DNA of 64,000 bases from Octopus sinensis (Eukaryota): NCBI RefSeq assembly GCF_006345805.1, contig NC_043000.1, forward strand, positions 54,994,001-55,058,000, read 5' to 3'. Under the pieces are notes generated by a model that saw only the letters and a program-made list of their open reading frames with translations, was not told where the DNA came from and did not search any database. Positions 55,846-64,000 of this stretch are shown piece by piece. The position numbers were made by a program, and so were the translations under genes. Every line of letters begins with the position of its first letter. The stretch's first letter is position 1.

Positions 55846-56329
55846 ACAGTACATACACAAATAACTATTCAAAAACAAAACTCATTCTGGCATTAAAATG
55901 AAGAACCTACACAGCTAACAACCTTTAGCCACTGGACTACATACAAATACTTCTGTCCAATCTCCCACCAGACAGATTAAATTTGGAGTGCCTTGGTTTT
56001 AACTAAGCATGTTCACCCAACCGTGTCAGCTTTCCCTTTAGGCGCAAAATATAATCACATGATACCAAAGCAACAAACAGCTATGATAATTTATTCAGGG
56101 CTTATTAGTAGATGAAAAAACCTAGATTTTGTTTAGCATGCAGTAGCAGTAAAAACTTAACCACCCATAAACAAACACTGATAAAAAGCTATATACGTAT
56201 ATATACGTATATATCGCTTTATTTACTTACACATACCAACATACTTTTATATACGTAAATAAAAGCATGTACCTTTACAGATATACAAAAGCGTTTGAAA
56301 ATACAATTATGCTCCCACATACACATGCA

Positions 56330-56520
56330 CTTATTAGACGAGTGCACATCCACATTAAAGGACTTTACTACGTTGATATGTCCTCCGTTAAAAATTGCCT
56401 ACAAAAATACCACAGCCAAGACATCCACGCGTCCACTGAAGCCACAGAATGGAACATTAGAAACCTAAGAATAAAAGAAGCAATCCTCATTAACAAGGCT
56501 AAATCCCTATCAACATCATA
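56330..56520 (+). mobile_element. Penelope-like GIY-YIG C-terminal relic (second family)
   Basis: RNLRIKEAILINKAK in ORF 56267-56521. Confidence 0.45.
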
Positions 56521-58624
56521 GCCGTTCTGTACACAACTAAAGGGCGCCCATCCTCCATATACACAAACTAATGAGCAGGCAGAAAATCTAGTTCACAGCA
56601 TCATATCTCCCATTTTTTCCGAAATATCGTGTATATAAATCACACGGTGTATATGAAATGAATTTTATATTAGAAATATTTATTAGAGAATTGCACATCC
56701 AGAGTAAAGAATACCTCTTTAAAAATGAAGTTACAGAATTACCACACCTAAGACACCCAAGTCTAGACTGACACCACCGATCGGAGCCTGAAATGAAACG
56801 CATCCATCATTATTTGCTAAAAGGCAAGCTATTTTTATAACAACAGAACTGACCTACACACTGCAGATTAGCTAATGTAACACTACTATACTGCGCAAGT
56901 CCCCTCCATATACACACAATTCAGAGCACAAAAGCTAGTTCGCAACACCAATTTTTTTTTTATTTCTATTCCCTGAAAAAGCAGCGGCCTTAATCCGCAA
57001 ATATTGAAATATACTATAAAGTATAATTGTAAGCTATTGACGTATTTTAATTTTTAGAGCTCGCATTGTTATGGTTTTGAAACACACTCGCTGACACACA
57101 TATGCACACACATATATATGTTCGTGTGTGTGTGTGTGTGTGTGTGTGTTTATATATATAGAGAGGGACCGATCAGGTACTTATAACGTTATGGTATCAA
57201 TGTACAAGCAACAAGGATAACAATAAACTCAATACCAAACTTAAGTAAAGATACATAACCTTTACATCTGAGATGTTTGCGATTACATGTTTCATGTATT
57301 CAATGAGCAGATTGTAATTAGAAATTATTGATAAAGCATATGATATGTAATGTCAGTTGTGAAATATTTAAGATTGGAAGAAAGTGATACGGAAGGTGGT
57401 AGAAGCAGTCGCTAATAATTAGAAAAATGTTGCACATATTTACGAGAGAAGAAAAAATTAAGACGTGTTCGTATTGGTAAATGCAATGAATGCGCACTTG
57501 ATTAAATGCGTCTGTACTTCTCGGTGGTAAATATCAGTATTATTTCTTATTTATCAATCTGTTTAACTTCAAATTCAGTCTTTTCATGGTACGTTGCAGA
57601 AATAAAGGTAAGAAATGACATAAAACGGAGAACAATATGTATTCCTGTAATTTGTAACAAATTCCAATGGCTTTACATGTTTCCCATTTCTGTTTCCAAG
57701 CATAATTTTTAACATTTTCTCCACCACTCTCTTCCCTGTCTCTCTTTGAATAGCATGTAGATTTACAGTCTATTTATATTCATAACTTATTTACAAGTCT
57801 CCGATAATTCAAGCAGACTATCATATCTTGTGGGTGATAGCAATCACTGTAAGAGATTTCCCCTTTCAAATGATATTTGCAAATAAAAGTACATCACAGT
57901 TTTGATCAACCGAAAGCAAAATAACCATTCACTGACCGATTAATTCCACCTCATGATTCTTGATATTTAGATTGTCATCTCTTCCTACTTCATCTCGAAT
58001 CCACTCTACTGAACGTTCTGCTGCTTTTACTTCGCCCCCTCAAAGCTATTGTCACCAGCTTCTAACAGACATTTCGCATGCAACTTTCAGGAAAAATATC
58101 CCATTATAATCTAATGATTCTAGTGTTGCATATTATATAAATTGTAGATATCCATTTTTGCTCATACAATAAATATCTATGTTATTCTACTTTCATTGTT
58201 AATTCGTTTTTACCTTCGTTAGTGATTGCATTTTTGTGCACAAGAATTTGCTATCACTATGGTTGATTTCGTAAAACATTTTAGGCAATATAACTCATAT
58301 TACGTAAAATATCAAGAACACCAACTCAAACCCGCTGCAAAAATTATCGTCATTCTCACTGAAACTGAAATTGAAATAAAAGAAATGACACGGGGAGCAG
58401 TTGCCTTTGATGACTGCAACGAAAACTCGAAACAGAATCCAAAATTTGGATTTAAGCCAAAGTTTCTATTCTACACAACTAATTCGAACACAATTTTGAA
58501 GAGAAATTCCGTCCGATGAAAGCAATGAATTAAATTTTATGATAAATGATTTCGGGAGAAACATTTGCACTCTAAAAGAAATCTTTTACCCTAAAATCAA
58601 TATTTTTAAAACATTATTTGTTTT

Positions 58625-58748
58625 ATTTACATTTGAGGGATATTTGTCCTCATCTTGTTTCTTGTTAACACAACGTTTCGGCTGATATACCCTCCAGTTT
58701 TCAACAGGTGCCTTGGAGAAATTTCGAACATAGGTTCTCATTCCTAAG

Positions 58749-58749
<1 letters not shown>
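58625..58749 (-). mobile_element. Small repeat with a degenerate hammerhead motif
   Basis: Minus strand 58712-58667: GGCAC-CUGUUGA-A-AACUG-loop-CAGCC-GAAA-CGU-U-GUGUU. Confidence 0.55.
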
Positions 58750-58780
<31 letters not shown>

Positions 58781-58788
58781 GTTATTAA

Positions 58789-58872
<84 letters not shown>

Positions 58873-58890
58873 ATTATTATTATTATTATT
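58750..58890. repeat. (ATT)n microsatellite
   Basis: Direct reading; forms the TAA tail of the adjacent minus-strand LINE. Confidence 0.97.
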
Positions 58891-59375
58891 GCCTTTACAC
58901 AACTTCAAACGCTGGAGATTTACTACGGTGTCAGTTGTTCACTATCAGTGAACTAAGTTAACACCTCTTTTTTTTTCGAGCACCTTCCGCAGTATACGAG
59001 CGGTTCCAAGCAGTGCTGTTTTTTGCAAGTGCTCCACCTATATTGTAGCCTCTTTTTGTTTCATGTACTTCTCGAGAATTTTACTCACTGTTCCCAGGGC
59101 TCTGACAATTAGTAGTACTACTACTACTACGTTTTTCGTCGATCACAACTGCTTTATCTCTATATCTGCTATATTGTCGTGGTGCCTCTTATATCCCTTC
59201 TGGGCTAGTGGTGTACATTGGCTGGTAATATGCCATACGGTTTCTCCATTTTGTCCGCAGATTCTGCACTTATCGCTGTCTACTCTGTACTTTATGTAGT
59301 TCGTTTTTAGTGCTTGCTCTTGGGCAACACAGAGTAGAACCTCCGTTTCCGGTTCGTATCTCTTTCGCGTGAGAT
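58891..59375 (-). mobile_element. R4/Dong-like LINE 3' fragment, same family as 780-3024, with most of the RLE domain deleted
   Basis: Reverse complement matches 2320-2490 (CRICGQNGETVWHITSQC) and 2790-3024, including the 3' UTR (CTGACACCGTA..ATCTCCA.CGTT.GAAG); about 290 bp missing in between. Confidence 0.88.
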
Positions 59376-60662
59376 TATTGCTTCGAAATATTCGACTCTA
59401 ATTAGAAAAATATTTTGGAATATATATCCTAAACCATCTTCATTCAAAATCTCCCTATATTCTTTATTAGTGACTTAAATATTCATCCCTAAAAAACAAC
59501 GTCAATTAACAATGATTAAGACAACAAAATTCACCGAATGAAACGTTTGAAATTACATTTTAGGCTAACTTTATGACCATCAAGCTTTTCGATAGCACAC
59601 TCAATGTCGACCGCTTGCAGTTCTCTTCTTACAGAAAATCCAATAAACTGCTCCATTATAAAGAGATTTTTTGCTTTTGTTTTCCCTAATAACGTTTAAT
59701 ATATTTGAAACAATGCAGAAAAAAAACCTTGCACCTTGCGATAACTTTTCCAAACTGTTTACATCTACAGCATTGCAATGATGCACATGGACGAAACAAA
59801 TTACACGAAAAAGTTATGTGATGTAAAACATCCAGCAGCTCCCAAACTAACTGAAATAGAAACGGAAAATAAAAGACATCATATCAAACAAAGTCGAATC
59901 TATAATTGGGAGCTAAAAGATACTGCACCTTATCAAATGTTCTACAAAATATTCAACAGTAATTTCATAAAATGTTTTCATATACTACTCCCACTAATAT
60001 TCAGCGAGCTTTACCCAAAATGAACTAAGCGCTCCTATGGCAATTAAATGTTTGTAAGCATGTACCTACATTAAGTTAAAATTCGTATAACAACGCTTCG
60101 AAACATGTTATTTAGACTGATACAGTATGAGTGAACTAGGTTTTATATATTGCAGCCAATATTTGAATTAATTCCCTAGAAACATTATATATATATATTC
60201 TACTATCATTCTAAATGCGCAGACACGAATTTGCCGACGCACCAGTAACAAAAACGTATATAAAAATAATAGTGCCAAAATATGTATAGTCAAACCTAAT
60301 CATTCAAACTTACCATAAAATCTTCCCAATATATACTTAACATAACTGAAATTTTACCATTTTTAGCAGCCATTTACCGATAATATATTCCTGCAAACCT
60401 CCTAAGTGCACTCAAATGGTGCCAAGCATGATCATATGAAATAGGTGTTATTTTCCCTAGATTTGAGATTCCTTTGCAAACGATTTCTTTTCTAATAAAA
60501 GTAGTTCGTATAAATAGCATTTTAATAATATAATACCACATTTTACCATTTTGTTTCGATTCAAATAATCTCGATGAATTAAAACGTGTCAATCATAATA
60601 AATTTCAATCTAGTTACATGGAAATAGTTTTTATACTGTGTCTGTCCCATCTTTAGTTTCCC

Positions 60663-60706
60663 CTTTTTACGTGTTCTCTTTTTACGTGTTCTCTTTTTAC
60701 GTGTTC
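60663..60706 (+). repeat. 15-bp minisatellite x3 (CTTTTTACGTGTTCT)
   Basis: Direct reading. Confidence 0.9.
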
Positions 60707-60878
60707 AATCACACTGTTCAATGTTACTGTGTGTCTAAATATTCTTTAACATAACATGAGCAATATATTATCAATAGTCCTACATTGAGAAGACACATCA
60801 AAAGTCGTAATTTCAGAAGTTTGTTGACTTCAATATTTTTCTATATATATATATATATGCATGTATATATATATATAT

Positions 60879-60910
<32 letters not shown>

Positions 60911-60996
60911 GTGTGTGTGTGTGTGTATGTATGTATGTGTGTATGTGTGTGTGTGTATATATATATATACACATATATATATATACGTATACACAC

Positions 60997-61462
60997 CCTG
61001 TGCTAGAAACACCAGCGATAATAATTAATTTTATTTTATCGCATTTTGAATTTGTTTACATATTTCTCGATAAATTTTGAGCGTTAGACTATATACCAGA
61101 AATCCCTAGTTTGTCGGGTACGTTCTGCATCTGCGCAGTGATCTGATTAGTTAGAAAGAGCAAATTAGTAGACGCACATGTGTCTATCGAGTTGCGCTTC
61201 ATAATAACAGGAATCTTACTGAAGAGCCTACCTGAGTAAATAAATATTATTTTTATTGCTGAAAAAGGCGAAACTGCAGTCTGAGATGAACAGCGTTAGT
61301 AAAAGTTTTTATTTTCATTTCACTAAATTTATCAAGCTTCTGTGTTTCTAGTACATACTTCGCCTTTAATGTACTTATATATGAATAATATATGGCCTGT
61401 GCTAGAAACACCAGCGATAATAATTAATTTTATTTTATCGCATTTTGAATTTGTTTACATAT
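60997..61462 (+). mobile_element. Retrozyme-like / Penelope-terminal-repeat-like element: 399-bp unit plus 67-bp terminal redundancy
   Basis: 60997-61063 is identical to 61396-61462; one central canonical hammerhead; no ORF; embedded between (TA)n tracts. Confidence 0.75.
61213..61287 (+). ncRNA. Type-I hammerhead ribozyme, canonical core
   Basis: AUCUUA-CUGAAGA-GCCU-(36-nt AU-rich loop)-AGGC-GAAA-CUGCAG-UC-UGAGAU. 6-bp stem I, G10.1-C11.1 pair, palindromic helix III ACUGCAGU, predicted GUC cleavage after 61281. Confidence 0.85.
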
Positions 61463-61489
61463 ACATATATATATATATATATATGTGAA

Positions 61490-61835
61490 GGCGCATGGCT
61501 CAGTGGTTAGAGCGTCGAGCTTACGATCGTGAGGTTGTGAGCTCGAATCCCGGACCGGGCTGCGTGCTGTGTTCTTGAGCAAGACACTTTATTTCACGTT
61601 GCTTCAGTTCACTCAGCTGTAGAAATGAGTTGCGACGTCACAGGTGCCAAGCTGTATCGACCTTTGTCTTTCCCTTGGATAACACTGGTGGCGTGGAGAG
61701 GGGAGGCCGGTATGCATGGGCGACTACTGGTCTTCCATAAAAAAAAAACAACCTTGCCCAGACTTGTGCCTCAGAGGGTAACTCTCTAGGTGCAAACCCA
61801 TGGTCACTCATGACCGAAGGGGGTCTTTACCCTTT
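61490..61835 (+). mobile_element. Full-length tRNA-derived CORE-type SINE
   Basis: A box TGGCTCAGTGG, B box GAGCTCGAATCCC, CORE-like CTTGAGCAAGACACTT...CAG...CTGTAGAAATGAG; flanked by (TA)n. Confidence 0.85.
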
Positions 61836-61857
61836 ATATATATATATATATATATAT

Positions 61858-62297
61858 TTCTCTGGATCTTTCCTTCTCTTATGTTTCCGACGAAGAGCTC
61901 CGCTCGAAACGTTAAACCCTCTTATTCCTTCTTTCCTGAGCGTCCAATAATACTATATTTGTTCCTCGTCCTCGCGTTGTTGTGTTTTCTGTGCTTTCTT
62001 GTTTGGATTAACTTTAACTATATATATATATATATATACATCAATATATACATAGTAAACATTATATGCAACAGAATGTGGCAGTCCTTAACATTTTTGT
62101 ACTTTCCAAACATTTTTGTCGCTAGCCACTACACATTCTTTATTTTCTCTCCTTGTTTATTTCTGCGTTCCTTTCTGTGGAAGAGTGTAGGCTCGAAACG
62201 TTAAAGACTTTTTCACTTCACGAGCATTAAATTAATACATCTGTTTGTTATCTACACCACCTGTCTTTGTCTATTTTTTTTGGTGAATTCTCCCTAC
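61858..62297 (+). mobile_element. Two tandem hammerhead-bearing non-coding modules
   Basis: Motif A at 61883-61917 (GUUU-CCGACGA-A-GAGC-ucc-GCUC-GAAA-CGU-U-AAAC) and motif B at 62171-62206 (CUUU-CUGUGGA-A-GAGU-guag-GCUC-GAAA-CGU-U-AAAG); predicted sites 289 nt apart. Confidence 0.75.
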
Positions 62298-62305
62298 ATA
62301 CACAC

Positions 62306-62385
<80 letters not shown>

Positions 62386-62392
62386 TTATGTA

Positions 62393-62444
<52 letters not shown>

Positions 62445-62449
<5 letters not shown>

Positions 62450-62975
62450 GAAAGGGCGATAGGTAAGACTATATCCTTCCATGTTGAAAAAATAGATGCT
62501 TTAATGAAACCTCTGTGATTCACGAATAAAACCTGTCCACGAGCTAGACGAGCAGAATAATTTTTTGAAAAAACAGTAAGGTAATCGTGCACTAAAGTAT
62601 CGTGTTTAACTTACAAATTGAATAAATTGATTTTTTAAAAAATAATTTGATTTAAATTTGTCAAGTATGACCTTTTTCATCAAATTCTCTCCATATTTAC
62701 GAGAATTATGAAAAAGTTTTAAAATATTGCCTTATTCGTCCACAACCATTCGAATTTCAAGATATAAAATTATTTCAAAATAAGAGTGATACAAAGCTAA
62801 ACTTCCTTTCAGCAAGCTTCTATCTGACGGAAAATTCAAATTTGTAAAATTATTCTGTTCGTCTCGCCCGCTGAGAGCTTTTTTGTATCAAGGTGAATTA
62901 TAGATGTTTCATTAATGCATCTATTTATCAACACGCAAAGAAATAATCGTTTCTGTCGCCCTCTCTTTTTTTATA
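62445..62975. mobile_element. MITE-like element with about 125-bp imperfect TIRs
   Basis: AAAGA.AGGGCGA.AG, GTTGA.AAATAGATGC.TTAATGAAAC and AGACGA.CAGAATAATTTT occur at 62445-62570 and inverted at 62845-62975; TA-flanked. Confidence 0.7.
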
Positions 62976-63182
62976 TACGTATATTTGAATTTGCTACCAG
63001 GCAGAAGTATGATGAAACTTGATAAGGAAGTTTTGCTTTCTTTCACTCTTATATATTTACATACATATATACATATATATGTATGTATGTATATATATAT
63101 GTGTATATATATATATATATATATACATACATGTATATACATATATACATATACATATATACATACATATATATGTACACAC

Positions 63183-63238
<56 letters not shown>

Positions 63239-63249
63239 TATATTTAGCT

Positions 63250-63420
63250 ACTAACATTATTTCTTTTCTCTCCTTGATTCTTTCTGTTTCTTTCTTTGGA
63301 AGAGCGTAGGTTCGAAACGTTAAAGACCTTTTCACTTCCCGAGCGTTAAACTAATACATGTTTGTTTTCTACACCATCTGTCTTTGGCTTTCGTGTTTTG
63401 TGTGTGAATCCACCCTATAT
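63250..63420 (+). mobile_element. Further copy of hammerhead module B (core decayed)
   Basis: CTTT-CTTTGGA-A-GAGC-GTAG-GTTC-GAAA-CGTT-AAAG at 63290-63325; downstream sequence colinear with 62206-62297. Confidence 0.75.
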
Positions 63421-63499
63421 ATATGGGTGTATGCGTGTGTTTATATATATATGAGTGCATGTGTCTGCATATAGGTATATATATGTACATACATATGGT

Positions 63500-64000
63500 G
63501 AGATAGGTAAATTGTCGCCATTTTATATTTTTCATTTCGAGCATGCGCATTGTTTATTTTTATTCTGTCGACTACTAACTGTAGTAGGGCCAGTTGGGCA
63601 CCGTCTGTGAGAAAATCAGCAGCATGACGCAATTCACTCAGCCAGATATTTGTAACTGATATGCTGTACTTCTTGGCATTCGTGTCGGAAGCTCCAATAC
63701 GAACATTTGTGAGTGGTTGACTGTCAGTTGGAGAACAGTTCAATCTAACGACATATACCGAGTGTAACAGAAATCAAACATCCAGTCAACATTGTGGTGT
63801 TTGGAGTGATCACTCGTGATGGCGACGTTATGCCCCATTTATCTTCCCACACCGCCTCGGACTCAACACGAAGGCCTAAATCAATTGCCTGGAAGGTAAT
63901 GTGCTGCTATGTTTCAAGAGGGTGGTTGCTGGGAAATGCTGTCTAGCAACAGGACTCTGCACCATGCCGCTCATGCAGGAGAACCCAGTCTTGGCTGTCA
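63500..64000 (+). mobile_element. DD37D/maT-type transposon, internally deleted, running off the window
   Basis: ATG at 63624, MTQFTQP..AVLLGIRVGSSNTNI, jumps to IKHPVNIVVFGVITRDGDVM, then QQDSAPC..RRTQSWLS; close relative of 22809-23420. Confidence 0.85.

Noticed and set aside
58226-58519. 97-aa ORF in unique sequence
   Set aside because: Non-ATG start, no recognisable domain, and a length expected by chance in 64 kb.
61490-61565. tRNA gene call for the A/B-box region
   Set aside because: It runs directly into a CORE-like domain and tail and lacks a proper acceptor stem, so it is a SINE head.

Overview
AT-rich, microsatellite-dense animal genomic DNA made almost entirely of transposable-element relics. 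The repeat content resembles an octopod cephalopod, but that is an inference from recalled repeat families, not a database result. No host protein-coding gene could be identified with confidence, and nearly all short ORFs in the track are microsatellite artefacts or TE fragments. Recognisable content: (i) at least seven copies or fragments of restriction-like-endonuclease (R4/Dong-like) non-LTR retrotransposons, most of them abutting (TAA)n tracts and stacked head-to-tail at 0.5-4.9 kb; (ii) four DD37D/maT-type and two mariner DD34D transposon relics, one CR1-type RT fragment, Penelope-like GIY-YIG fragments, tRNA-derived SINEs (Meta-like and CORE-like) and MITEs; (iii) a set of small non-coding repeats carrying minimal type-I hammerhead ribozyme motifs, each with a palindromic helix III. 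The best case is 60997-61462, a 399-bp unit with an identical 67-bp terminal redundancy and a fully canonical hammerhead (61213-61287), which is the signature expected of a retrozyme-like element copied from a circular or tandem RNA. Related motifs occur with variant cores, including a possible G3-C8 compensatory swap, and in fold-back (inverted) arrangements.
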